A DNA stretch of 64,000 bases from Bugula neritina (Eukaryota > Animalia > Bryozoa), in NCBI GenBank assembly GCA_964035545.1, contig OZ037766.1:10902722-10966721 (forward strand). The letters are read 5' to 3'. Below are positions 27,296-41,100 of this stretch, piece by piece. Numbering within the stretch: position 1 is the stretch's first letter; the number at the start of each line of letters is the position of its first letter. The translations under genes were made by a program, and so were the position numbers. The notes beneath the pieces are model-generated. The model had not been told where the DNA came from. It saw only the letters and a list, made by a program, of their open reading frames with translations, and searched no databases.

Positions 27296-29109
27296 CACAG
27301 TTTCATTATATTTCTATAGAGTATTAGTCATTGTAATTATCTAAATTCATATGACCTATTTTTTAAAGCCCTAAAGGCTATGTTTAACTTTAAAAGTGTA
27401 TTGGTACATTTGACTTTGAGGAAAGCATTTGCTTTTATCTTAGCATTATGATTATCATTATCATGTTCATAATGATAACCATAATGATTATGGTTATCAT
27501 TATAAATTTTAAATTCCATGAAAACAAAAATCTACCTTCATTTTTAGTTTTGCTTCAACTTGCGCCTGTAGTTCAATGGTAACACTACTTTCAATTATAT
27601 TTTCATATTCTTGTTGTCTTTGAGTTTGTGAGAATTATTATTATTACTCTTTACTCTTTAGTTTTATGATTTAATTTTATGACTATTGAATTTGATTATC
27701 ACATATACTATATAAGTATCAGCATAGCCATTACACCAACAGTTGCAATTCAATGTTTTCAGTCATAATGATAATCATAGTAGCTGTTTTTCTTTTCAGA
27801 GGGAGTAATTATTGTTTCAGTTGATGTTACAACTTACAAGGCTATTAGTATTATTTTACCTCTGTCTGAATCTCATTTTGTGTCAATTTAAATCACGCTC
27901 AGTGCCACCTTTAAATGATTTTAAAATTCATTTTCATTTTGTGCTTTTAAAAATAAAATTAGATTAGTAATTTACTTCAGTTTTATAGAAGAAACTAAGA
28001 GTAAGTTAAAGTTATCATTACATTGAATATCAAATAAAAGCTAAAAGCAAAAATACTAGAACATAATAAATATAATAATTGATTTAATTTAATAATCCAA
28101 ATCAATGATTCTGACAACTAATTTACTAGCATAAAAGATAATTTATTGATAAAATACCTGCTGACTGTGTAAGCAAAATTGCTTGATTCAACTTCAACCA
28201 TGTCCATTGTTTAACAAATTGGTTTGACTTTGTTTGATATTTTTGTTATCTGATTTACTGCAAATTTATGATATTGTCATGTGAAGTTTTTAAACTGTAA
28301 AATGTTGATATGCAATGCAATTGAAATTTTTATAGCTTATGCTGGAGTTAGAAAAAAATTTTATTTCATAAGTAATTTATAACCCAACCATGTTGCATGT
28401 TACAATAAAATATGTGGTGGCCTTTGATTTTACCAAACACTAACATATTATACAGAAGCACTAAAGCTCTCTAGAAAGCTGTAAGGAAATGTTGAAAAGT
28501 ATGGAGTTTTGTGAATATATAATGAATATTGTGTGAAGTAAACTATGCCAGTATGTAGATGTGTGCTATGCCTATTTTTGCAACCTAAACAGAATGTAAA
28601 AGCTGCAAAACATCAAACAAAATCTCAAAACCAATCATTTATAGCAAGCAATAGAATGTAACATCTAGTGCATGCAAGTGTTTGCCTTAAGTTTGTGGAA
28701 AATATCTTCAAGTTTGAGTAGTTAAGCTATCATTAGTCAAACATTATGGAGGCTGAATCTTTGAGCGCCTATTATTTGCTAATAGGATCTTCAGAATACA
28801 TTTACATTAGTATTTTAATATCAACCCAAAGAGTGTTGCTTTTATATGTGTTTATAACACACAGCATGATTACAGCCAGCTTATAGTTATAGTTTGCATA
28901 CTTATGCTTATATTTTGCATAAAATATTTACTATTTCATGTGAAATTTTAGTTGCTACTTGTTAGAACTGGCTCTAGGGTTTATAATGTTCACCATTGAA
29001 TTCTCCAAATTATGGACTATTTTAGGTGGCTGACTGTTTTATTTCATACAGTTTTAAGTATTGTATCTGTTTTTTAGCATTTCATCTGATTTTATGATAC
29101 TGTTTAGAA

Positions 29110-32100
29110 ATGTCTGACTCAGCTTATGAAGTGCCCAAGTTCCAAGTGTGGGATTATGTAGTCTTCAGTGGTCTGCTATGTGTCTCGGCTGGCATTGGGG
29201 TTTACCATGCGTTTGCTGGTGGGCGTCAAAGTACAACAAAAGAGTTCCTGCTTGCTGATAAGAAAATGAATGTAGCGCCGGTGGCAATGTCAATGTTGGC
29301 AAGTTTCATGTCGGCCATTACTCTTATGGGCAACCCTGCAGAAATTTACAACTATGGTACACAGTTTTTCATCATTGGGTTGTCGTATGCTCTTGTCATC
29401 CCAGCCGCTGCTCACATATATATTCCTATATTTTACAACCTCAACCTTACCAGCGCTTATGAGGTGAGTTGTATTTTCTCAATCTGTTTAGTAAGTTTAA
29501 AGTATGTTGAATTCTTAGAGTTTGTATATAGTAGTTTATTACCACTTTTCTGAATTGTGGTTTGCTGACCGACTATCTGTCGCAACCATAATAGTATTCT
29601 CAGCTTGCTTGTTTTTTGTAGTATTTAGAGCTGAGGTTTAGTAAAGGAGTGAGACTGGCTGCTTGCTGTACATTCATACTGCAGATGGTGAGTGTATGCC
29701 AGGTTCATTGTATATAATGTCTTGTAATCTCTTGAGCAGCTGCTGTCACTTAAATTTGTCTCTGACAAAAACCACATGTTGGTCATGAATTGGGTCAGCT
29801 ACACTAGCAAATGATTGATTTTCCAGTTTTTCTATATTCTTCAGTCCTGTATTATAGGTTATAATGCCTGTAACTGGCAAGTATACTAAAATTTATGACT
29901 GGCAATAAGTTCTTGCTTATCAATTTTAAAATTGTATTACGCAACCAACGTCAACAGAAATCATTGTTCACTACTCAACATTGTATTGTTTTATTAATAA
30001 TCATTCAGCAATTCCTCCCCTTTAACCCCTTGTTCACCCACATGTGACAAAGTGATTGGAAAGGCATGTATACTGTATTTTGCAGGTTTTTTATATGGCA
30101 ATTGTATTATATGCCCCAGCACTAGCTTTAAACCAAGGTAAGCGGCTTGCTCTGCTAAGCAGTGCCTTTTCTGTGTCTGTTTCACCATCAACTTATTATA
30201 ACAAGAAACTTAAAGTCTCCAGTATGTTCTAGTGTGCAATACTGAGTATAAATGGTTTGCTTAACTGACCGAATTAAAACAACTGAATAGACATGTCATT
30301 GTTTCATGTAAGAAGTAACATATATTATTATATTGTCAATCACTTTCTTGTCTGGGTTGTAATAATTTGATTTAAGTTGACTGCTTATTGATTGATTTTT
30401 GCCATTGTTTGTAATCATAATTGAGTAACCGCAACTACTCTTGTTACAGTTTGTTCGTGTAGCTTTACATGCATGATTATCTGCTATTAGATTCATCGAT
30501 CTCATGATAACGATAACGCGATAGGAGAGGAATTTATTATAATATGCTGCTCTAGTTTATCTTTAAACCTAGTGTCAACTTTAAAGTTTATTGCACTAGT
30601 GGTGCACTGAGTTATTTTATGGCTTACTGAAATGTAGTTCTATATATAATAGGCAACTGGTAATATTATTTCACTTGACAAACCCCTGTCTCTATTGTTA
30701 AATAGGTCATCATGGCCGAAGGTGTCAAGCTGCAACTGTCACAGCTTCTATTTCTAGAGATGTAATTGATATAACAGTTTTTCACTTCAACTTTAGCTCT
30801 GAACTTGAGCAACCTTATACAGATTCTAAAAATAAACAGCTGGTTTCAAACATGAATATTTATGTTATCTTTTAGCCTGGGATTCTTCCATTATTTAGTT
30901 CTAAGTCTGCAACAAGTTTTACTATAGTGTCCCATATACTAGAGTTTACTACATACTATACACCTGGTATTAGAATTTACTGTAATATTAGAGGTGTACA
31001 AGTAGAAAAACAAGCTTCAGTATTATTAACTTAGTTGCATTACATTACATCTAGCCTCTTCTACATAGAGTATGGTATTAATATTACACAGATGTTGTTA
31101 CTTGTACAAACTAAACCATATTTTTTATAATTGTTCTTTGAAGTGCTGTTTATATGCAATAATATAATATGTTGTAGTAACTGGCCTGAATGTGTGGATA
31201 TCCGTGCTCTCCGTGGGCCTGGTGTGCACCTTCTATACTGCTTTGGTAAGTTATTGATAGCAGCAGAGCACTGGAGGCAGCTGCAGGAACTAGCGCTCTG
31301 CTATTATTGCTATATATCAATGTAATGTGTGCTGGTAGCTAGCTATGCACAAGGCGCAGGGATTTTATTAACTCTTTGCTTCGTTGTAAACAACAAATGG
31401 GGCCATTAACCATTTGTGGTACAAAAAATCCCCCCTTGCCCTTATCATTTAGGAGTCTAAACTTACCAGGGCAGTGATAAATTTAATATTTACCTGCTAA
31501 TTCTTAGTGTTGCATCAAACTGTGGGGAAATATAATTTTTGACTTCCTTTTAATACATGGCAGTGCTTAATTTCTTATCTTGTTAATGAATCATAAGAAT
31601 TGCTTATAAACATGGAACACCTTATTGAAAAATAATAACATTTTTGTATACATTGATGGAATTAGATTTCGTATTGTAATCTTTGAAACTGTCAAAAATT
31701 AGGGCATTGCTAGCAATTGCAATGTAATCATTATAGTACTAACCTTGTGTAAATATTTGGCGTTTACTATTTAGATCTGCTCTTTTTTGCCTTTAAATGC
31801 ACCAACATTGCTGCTTATTTTACTAGTTGTTGATTATTTCTATGCACAAATTTTTTATCATGTTAGCATAACCAAGTCCATTTTTGATTAAGAAATACTT
31901 AACGGCAATAAAACAATTGCATATAGAATGCTACTGTAAAAGTTACTACAAATATTTTTGTAACACTGATTTAATGTGATATTAATTATCTTGTTAAAAG
32001 ATAATCTCTTTGTAATGTTAGTTGTTAAAATTCCACAGGCTCATTATTTTAAGTATACATGACAAACCAAACATGGATGAGTAACTTAAACATGCCTTCT

Positions 32101-35100
32101 TGCAGAGTTGATGTGTTAACCTGTGTATCACACTAACTAACATCATACACTTGTTTTATCTTATCTCAATAACTTCTCCGAGCTTTCCTCACTGACTAAA
32201 GTACTTTGAATTAATTAATTATAATTGGCAGGATTCCATAAACAGCTTATTGGTTCTTCCTAAATATAGTATGCTTTACAAATTTCTTTTTACACGTTTT
32301 TTAGACTACCTTGTTTATATATTATCCCAAACTTTGAATTAAATTTGCTTTACATGAGACTGCCACATGTCAACTTCAGTGTGAATATCCTAGAGACCTA
32401 GACCTTGCGGTCATATGACCTAGTTATCAATGGGCAGCTGCTACGTATCAAGTTTACTACTTTACAATTTCTAGATGCAGCCTGTAGTTTCAAGATATTT
32501 TGACAGTGTCATGATATACTGTTCCTGTAGGATAACTGAATTTGTTTACTTTTCTTAGGAATTGATTTAACTATAATGATTAATTTAGAAAATTCGTGAT
32601 GAAAGTATAGCAGCAATATGAGTATGTAGTAGAAAGGGAAAATTTATTTTGTCACTCTAATGAAGAAAAGGGGAGGGTCTCTTGTGCTTTAAATATTTTA
32701 AGGAATTGCAACTTGCAATGGATGCACCAGGGCTTATCATTTATCACTGATTAACTACTGAAATTATCAGCTTCAAACAGAATTTTATGAAAGTAGCTGT
32801 TAAAGAGGATGTTGCTGAGGTGAATGTTACTCCCTGTACTAATGTGAAGCATGCTTTTTGTAGGGAGGGATGAAAGCGGTCATGTACACGGATTTGCTGC
32901 AGATCATCATCATGTTTGCTGGTATGATAGCTGTAGTAATAAAAGGCTCCATGGACGTCGGTGGGTTTGGTGAAGTTTGGCGCATTGCTGGAGAAGGTGA
33001 TAGGTTAGAGCTTTTCAAGTGAGTTTCTTTAAACATTGCTTTTAGGTAGTGAGTTCTAAAGGTGACTTACTGGCAAACTATAACTGTAAAGATAGTGGCT
33101 GGCCCAGTTGCGAGAAAAATGTAAGACATGATTTATAGGAAGTTGAACAAATTGAATAGAACAGTTTCAAAATAACCTGCTTTGAAATTCAGTCACGTTA
33201 TTTTCAAAAATTTTCTAGAGCAATGTTTGAACGCAAGTCACGTATACTTAATGCAATAATGTAATGTTGTGATTAGCATAGTAATGGATTAGTTTATTTT
33301 TTGTCTAAAGGTAACTAAATATCGTATACCATTAAAATGTAGCTCTTGCGTAATTATTGCAGCAATACTATTGCTCCCAGCTGCATAGCCAGTATTGAGT
33401 TTTATTTGTTTGTCCCTTAATAATAATATATAAGCTACTTAAACGCGAAGCAACTTATTTTTTACAGTTAGCTATTGCGTTTATTTCTTCTATGTATTTC
33501 TATAGGGCAAAAAACAAAAACACAAGCTCCGGTTGCTCAGAAAATAGATTATGAAAACAAAATTAAGTGTTTGTATATACGCGTACATGTTTTGTAACAA
33601 ATGTTTGGCATGTAACTAGTCTATTGTATAAAACTACTATTACTCCCAGGCTTAGTTAGTGGTACCCTAGAATTTCAAGATACCCCTCTACAATATATAT
33701 GCTCTACATTACAGCATTAGGAAATAGAATATAAGGGAGCAGCCGTGGTCTAGGGGTTAGAGCGTGGTCTAGGGGTTAGAGCGTTTGCCTAGTAAACACG
33801 GAGTCATGGGTTTGAACCCTAGTAAAGGCCATTGGTGATGTTAGAAAGAGCATCCAGTCATAATTGCTCCTGTGCCACATCTTAAATTCCCTTAAATTTT
33901 CTCGTATGTATGTTTTTTTCGTGTCAAATAGACGATTTCGTGTGATTCTCACAATGGTGAGGCCAGGCCTTTAGTCCTTAGCTCCATTTAACAAAAACCC
34001 CTTCCTTTCAGGGGCTCTCACAGGGATGGCGACTATAAACTTGCATGAGGTTATTAATGAATTGGTATATAAATACATTATAACAGTATAACATCAAGAT
34101 ACGGGATATATTGTAAATAAAGATAATATCTCCTAAATTTTTCCCCAGTTCCCCTCAAGCTCCGGTTTGGGTACCTCTCAGTTATACAAAGTATTTTAAC
34201 CTCTGGTATTCTACTGGTACAGTCAGTTTATTAAAATTGATTTGCTGTGGATTAGTTGTTCTACTGAGTGTGGCATAGCCTTAATTTGAAAGTAGAACTT
34301 TAATAAGTAGCTAGACATGGCTCATTTTTAGTGAGTCTTTTAGACCCACTCAGCACACATCAAGTGCCTGCTGGTAATGAGGCATTGTTTCTGTAAATAA
34401 AGCTTTCAAATTTTCTTTTGTAACAAAAGCTCTCTGAAAGTCTTATTGATGAATGTTTTTTACTCGGTTAGTAATAGAACCCCACTTATTCAATTAACTC
34501 TCAAATATTTCAAGATAACTGAATACACGATGGGTTGTTTGTGTCCAGTTGCTATCATTTATCCTAATGTTTCAGCTTCGATCCAGACCCTAGAGTTCGA
34601 CACACTTTTTGGACTTTGACGTTTGGAGCTACTTTCACTTGGCTAGCTATTTATGCAGTAAATCAAGCTCAAGTACAGAGGGCTCTGTCCACACCGTCCC
34701 TGAGACATGCTCAGATGTGAGTTGCACTCAGTCTAATATATTAAATCTGTCCTTGATTATTTATTCACAATATAACATGGTGTTCCTACTAGTTTTCCTT
34801 TGAAGGCTTGCAGCCTAAAAAGTAGAGTTCTTTCAAAAGTATAGTGAGATGACATGCCTCTAAATTATTACTTATGTTAGATATATGATAGACTAAAGTT
34901 GTAGCTAAAAATATAAAATAAGTTGCGTGCACACCCTTCATAGCATATAGCAAACTGTTTATATGCATAAGCATATTGAAAAATGCAAGCTCAAGGAAAA
35001 TTATTCAAATTTATTCATGACTTGATTTTTAGACTTCTTTATTGTATATTGTATTTTACTGAAATTCTTAGTTTTTATTTGTCTCCCCATGCTAATAGCT

Positions 35101-38100
35101 CTGCAACTACAAAAACTATACAAAGAACTATTATAATAGCTTTATGTTATGTGATTTATGTATCAAGTATGGGAACATTTTCCAACACCATTTTTCTCAA
35201 ACCTGATGGTACAATGAACTTGTCAAAGAGGGCATGTCCACATTAAATCATGTTTGTGAAAACTATGGCTATTGAAACCAGTGTCACCAAAACCTAGGTA
35301 GAAATACATTGTGGTGGTGAGGTTTTTTGAAGATGTCATTTTCTGGGTGGCATAATTTTGTGATTCAATAGGAATAGAAGATAAGCTTGTTTGCTTAAGC
35401 TGCTCAGCTACTAAGCATTTGCTGGTTTGAGACGTCACGGTTTTAAAAAATATGACGTAAAGCTGCTTTCTACTGAATTGTCCCATCAAGAGCAGGCTAT
35501 CTGATGAGTCATTCTCACTCTATAGTGACTTTCGGAATAACTCAAACCTACTGTGTGGCTACCATTTTTAGTTACATTTTTAGTTGTAAATTACTACCAT
35601 AGCTAAATGTGCTTATAGGGTGCACCAGGGGGTACTCAGTGTAGCGTGGAGTGACCGCTTAGGAAAGTACTCCACCATTTTAGGGTGGGGCTAATGTGCA
35701 GTTGATAGGGGCCAACTTTATGCTGCTAAGAGGCGTTGTTACATTTCAACTTGGCTGAAGGCATCTTATTTTCTTCACATTTCATTTAACAGCTATTAAT
35801 CATTGAGTCCATTTTCAGCTCACTAAAAAAACTTAGGTTTATTTTGATTTTGATTTGATTTACTAACGTTTAGATTTTATCATTTCTCTGCATTCTATGA
35901 TAAACATTAATCTGTAAGTAATTTTTCTATGTATTTAATATAACATTTTATAAATTTTCAGAATTCATTTAGGACTAAAGCTATTAAATATCACTTTCTA
36001 CTCATGCTGAATATACTATTTTAGTAATGAACTGTTGGCAACTAGCTGAAAATAGAACAATATAAAAAGCATGTGTTGATTGACTAATAATATTGAAAGC
36101 ATCTGAAAATGTATCCATGTAGCTAAAAATTATTAAAATTAAACTCTGTTTTGGCTAGTTTCCTAAAAATAAATAGAGTTGCCTTCTTTTTAACTAGCTC
36201 CGCATGTCTCTAGACAAATAGAAAGGGCGAAAAGTTTTCTACTCAATAAAGTATATTGTAGCAGAGGTATTTTATGTAGATTATGTTGCATTTAATGAAG
36301 CCAAATTAATTATGTGGTTACTATTAACACATCAGTATATGCATTGTATTGTTCTCTCTATAGTTATAAGTTATACATAACTAATTATTGTCATTATTTT
36401 TGTTACTCATGTTGCTTATATTTATTATTATTGGTTGATTAATAACTTTTACTATAATCAATTTTAGTATTTTTACTGGTACTATTAGTATTAGAAATTA
36501 TTATAATTTAAGAAAAAGTAAAAAAGCTCAATATATAGTTATTGGAATTAAAAAAAATGTTATTAATATTTGAATAAGCATAATTATATTATAATATTTA
36601 TCTCCATTGTACTTGCTATAATATTATATCATAAATATTTTTTACTATTTAAATATTGCTTTCAATAATATTTGAATAATAAAAATATCTATTTAATTTG
36701 TTACTAGAATTTTTGTGATGCTTCTCAGTCAGTGTCTGTTGTGTTGTTCCTACATATGCAGGATACGAGTATGGAATGGCTACAGACTGTTGTGATAACT
36801 TGTTATATTAAGTTGGTTATACTTAGAAAGATAGATGTTTCTCTAATATTTCAATTTTATTATTTTAAGTTATTTAGTATTTAGAGTATTGAGCTAGAGG
36901 TTTATGGTCTTTATGTAAAATATTATATAATATTACTTTTTGTAAATGCACTAATTCAGAGTTGTCTTTTCGAAGTGATTTTATTTTACAAGTTGTAGTT
37001 GTCTTCTTTTTGCAAGGGAAAGCAACTTCTTATTTAGTAAATGTGCAAAGCCCATACAAAATCAGATCATATAAAGGTTTATTGAAGTGAATTAACCTAA
37101 TATTTTGTATTCAACTAATATTTTGGTAATGGGAGGTGTGGCCTAGTGGTTAGGGCTCTATACAATTTTGCGCTAGGTCAGGGGTTTGGATCCCAGCAAG
37201 GTCATAGGTGATCTCAGGATGAGCATCCAATCATAATTGATCCTCTGCCAGCTTGAGAAAGTCCTTTCTCACAGGATGGAGATTTCAGACAAAACATGAG
37301 AGATAATTATTTTGTGGTTATCAGTTACCATCTTTGTAGCTCAAATATTTTAATATATAGATGTAGCTCACCCTTCCAAAGGCATTTACAAATGTATACG
37401 ATGTTCATGGTAAACTTTTTTATTGTGAAACTGATTGCTCTGATCAACATGTTCAGATAAAAAAATTATAGAAATAATGGTTTTATATATAATACTTTTA
37501 AGTTAAAGCTATTTACATTTAGTAAATAATGTGGGGTATGTACAGGTTCAGAAGTTACACTGAGTAAAAATAGAAAAATATGAACAATAAATGCACAATA
37601 TTAAGTTGATTGGGATTTGCATGATTAAATAAATCTGACTAGTTTACATAATAAATAACAATTTGGAATGACAACCAATTATTTCAAATACAAAGTAGGT
37701 CACCCTTCATTCCTCCAAATAGAAATAATATCTTGCGTTGAGGGAGTCGTCTTCTTTCTAGCGGCTTGCTGAGCTAGTATGTAAGTATCGATATTAAAGG
37801 AGGTTGGTCCATTTAATAAATTCTGACGTGAAGTTCTGTGATGATGTCTAATAGGATTGGAGTGTTGGTTATCATAAGTATCTAGTTGTTGTCTGATAGA
37901 GTTCAGGGTTATCTCCACTTCGTCTGTCTCCAGATTCTCCTGTAGTAGTAGCTGTTCAGCTGTTAAACTTTCTGTAGCACTTGAGGAGTCTATATTTAAA
38001 TTTGTTACTGGATTCATTTCTGTTCCTCTTTTGATGCGAGTTTGAATGTGTCTGGCTTCCATAACTCCTAAGAGAGTTAACATTGTGACTCCCTTGAGTA

Positions 38101-41100
38101 ACCTGCAATCACAAAACATTCAATGTTAGTTGGGTTTTTCTAAATTACAAATAGAATTATAAGAATTCAAATCAATTGACTCGCACATTGTTCCATCAAA
38201 GTGCTAACAAACCCTCACAAATTTACACTATTTTTGAAAAGATTAAACAGTATCATTTTAACAGCCAGTATTAGCCTATTTTTGCAGCATTTTAGTAAAC
38301 CAGTTATTATTCTAAATTGTGGAGGGAACAGTTGTTTTAGTAGTCGCATGTCTTTATAGATAAATCTGAAAATCAATTATACTGTTTTGCTGTACATAAT
38401 ATGCAGGTTTTATGATACATGGTTTTAACATACCACATTAAAAATTTTATTCAAATTAACTTTATAGACAGTTTTTTTATTTAAGAGGAACAATATTTTA
38501 TTTACATACCAACTTAGAAAGACTACACTCAAAATAAGGTTTATAATATCTAATCTAAATTAGCCATTTTATTATATTTACTATAATTATTTAACATTCT
38601 TTCTCTACTGTTAAACTTCACAGTTCAGTATTTATACTAGAAATATGCATTAGCTGAGTTGCATGTTTATAGAAATTCTAAAACTTTGTTTATTATGACT
38701 TCCCACTATATGCTACAGCTAGCTAGCTGCTTTTAAAAAGCCTTTTTAAAAAGTTAAAAGAATTTATTAGGAAACTTTTATTTATAAATATAAAATTGAT
38801 TTCAAAAACAGACATAAAAGGAAAACGTTACTTGATTTCATATTAAGGTATATAATTGTTGATGAGAATGGCAAAGTATTTCTTCTCAAAATAGATTATT
38901 TCTGTCATAAATTACTCACCACAAAAACAAGTTTGAAGAATGCAGGCTGTGATGGTTCATGTTTTTGTTATAAGCGCAACGTATGTCTTACGGAGGTACT
39001 TTCCAGAATCTGAATGACCCAGCCCACCGCTGTGCTGCACTTATATATTGCTGCAGTGGATCTACAATTAGCTGTACACACTTAACTCACTACCAAATTA
39101 TAATCATTGAGTTACTAAAAATAGAAACAATTGAAGTATTTATGGCACTCTTTCTAACCAATACAAGACCATGACATAAGTTAGATTGGTACAACACGCT
39201 GTTCGTTGTCTCCCCTTTTGTCTCCGCAACTGTGAAGTGCAGACGTTACTTATCTCAGTATGGCGCAATGTCATTTGTGACATTGAGAAAACTTCAAGAG
39301 TTCAGGCACCATTGTATACCTGTAACTCGTACATTCTTGTTGGTACTTATTTTTAGTAAATTAGAGCTAAGCTGGCATACTGAATAATGTAAGAATGCCA
39401 AACGGGTCAAAGAGCCATTTTTAAAGTTTACAGCCTAAATATTTGAAATATATTTCCTGTAAAATATCCACCTACATTCACCTAAGTTTTTAATGCAAAT
39501 AACGTTACTAATAATAAATTGAAATGCTGGAGCAACAAAATTGTATTTGTTGTATTCATTTTTAAACTTAATTTGTTTTTGTAACATGGTAATTTTATGA
39601 TTTTCTCCTATAAACATTTAAACAACTTTTTGTAAAGTAGAATGTGAAACTTGTAAACCAAAAACTATGCATTTTTGCTACAAATTATTTTTAAGTAATT
39701 ATTTGATAAGTGTGTAACAATAGCATCAAATTGTATTATATGCAGTTCATATTTGAAACTATATTTCAGATGAATGCATTTATATTAAATTGTAGTATAC
39801 CATACTTAGCATACATAAACTTTTATGCTTTGCTTGATTTGCAGTATATATTCCAATACTTGAGTGTAATGCTTTCAGTTATACATGTACTGTTGATACA
39901 CATGTTTCCATATGTAAAAAATTCTAATATAGTATATTCTATATACTATTATGTGTATGGTAATAAATGAGGGGCTCATACCAATGTTTCTCTTCTTCCT
40001 TTAAAATCTGATCCAAATACAAGGCAGTGGAACTATAACGCTTAATATTCAAAAATGTAACTTTTCCTGATATATGAACATGAATACTTTACATTAAATT
40101 TAGTCGCATGAATTCCAATAATGTTTGATTCATTATATATCTTTGGCTCAGTTTTGACCTAGATATTTGTGATTTTATCACACTGGGTTTGGAAATGTCT
40201 CTGTATATATCTTTATCATGTACTTCTAGTAGGGTATAAACCAGCTCTGGTCAGCCTGTAAATTGTTGACATTTTAACTGTGAGGTGTTCAGATACAATC
40301 CACTTGACTTGAAGGCGTTTAGGGCTCCTATTTCTAATCTATACAACCCATCATTCACCAACATTTTGATGAGTGTTTTGTGACTTTTAGAGTGTGTTCT
40401 CCAAGTATTTTGGTCAGCTAGATGAAGTATAATGAACATAAATGATTGTATGTTGAAAAATATTTACATGAATGAGTTTTTGTTTAAAAACTAAAACTAT
40501 TGTTTTGGTTTGTTACACTTTAGTTAAGGTCAAACCATTAGTGCATGCAGTAGATTCAGATACAAGTTCTGTTACTTTTTGAGGATTTTATCATTTTTAT
40601 AATACTTACATTAGTTTTTGTTTTGACAAAGACATAGTAATCGGTTAGAAAAGATTAACAGTTCCTCGTTTTGCTTTTTTATGATATTATCTGTATAATA
40701 TTTTGCCATAGTAGTTATATATTATGTACAAAAAAAGGATATAAATTTTGTAGAGCTATATATTTAAACATACCTGGTTTGATTGGTCTACTTGTGGTCA
40801 CCGTAGGCTGTGGTCTTGTCATCTATGCTAACTATAAGGGCTGTGACCCAGTCACCCTTAAAAGAGTTGTTTCTGCTGACCAGGTAAGCCATACAACAGT
40901 TTTAATTATATGTTGCATTTTATGTCACACTTTTTACTCAACCATTTGTGCATTTTTAATAGCTTCTGTTTTATTTTGGAAATATAACGAGAAACTATGC
41001 ACTGCTCAAATCTAACACCAAAGTAGTCCTAGCAAATTTTGATTTTTTTTTTCACCATCATCAACAAAATAGTAGCGTGGAACTCTTTTACTGGCATTGA

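Noticed and set aside
33735-33825. tRNA gene
   Set aside because: Pol III boxes are present, but there is no clean cloverleaf and it continues into a repeated SINE body.
35223-35489. 88-aa ORF as a second nested gene or transposase relic
   Set aside because: No recognisable motif, splice structure or promoter.
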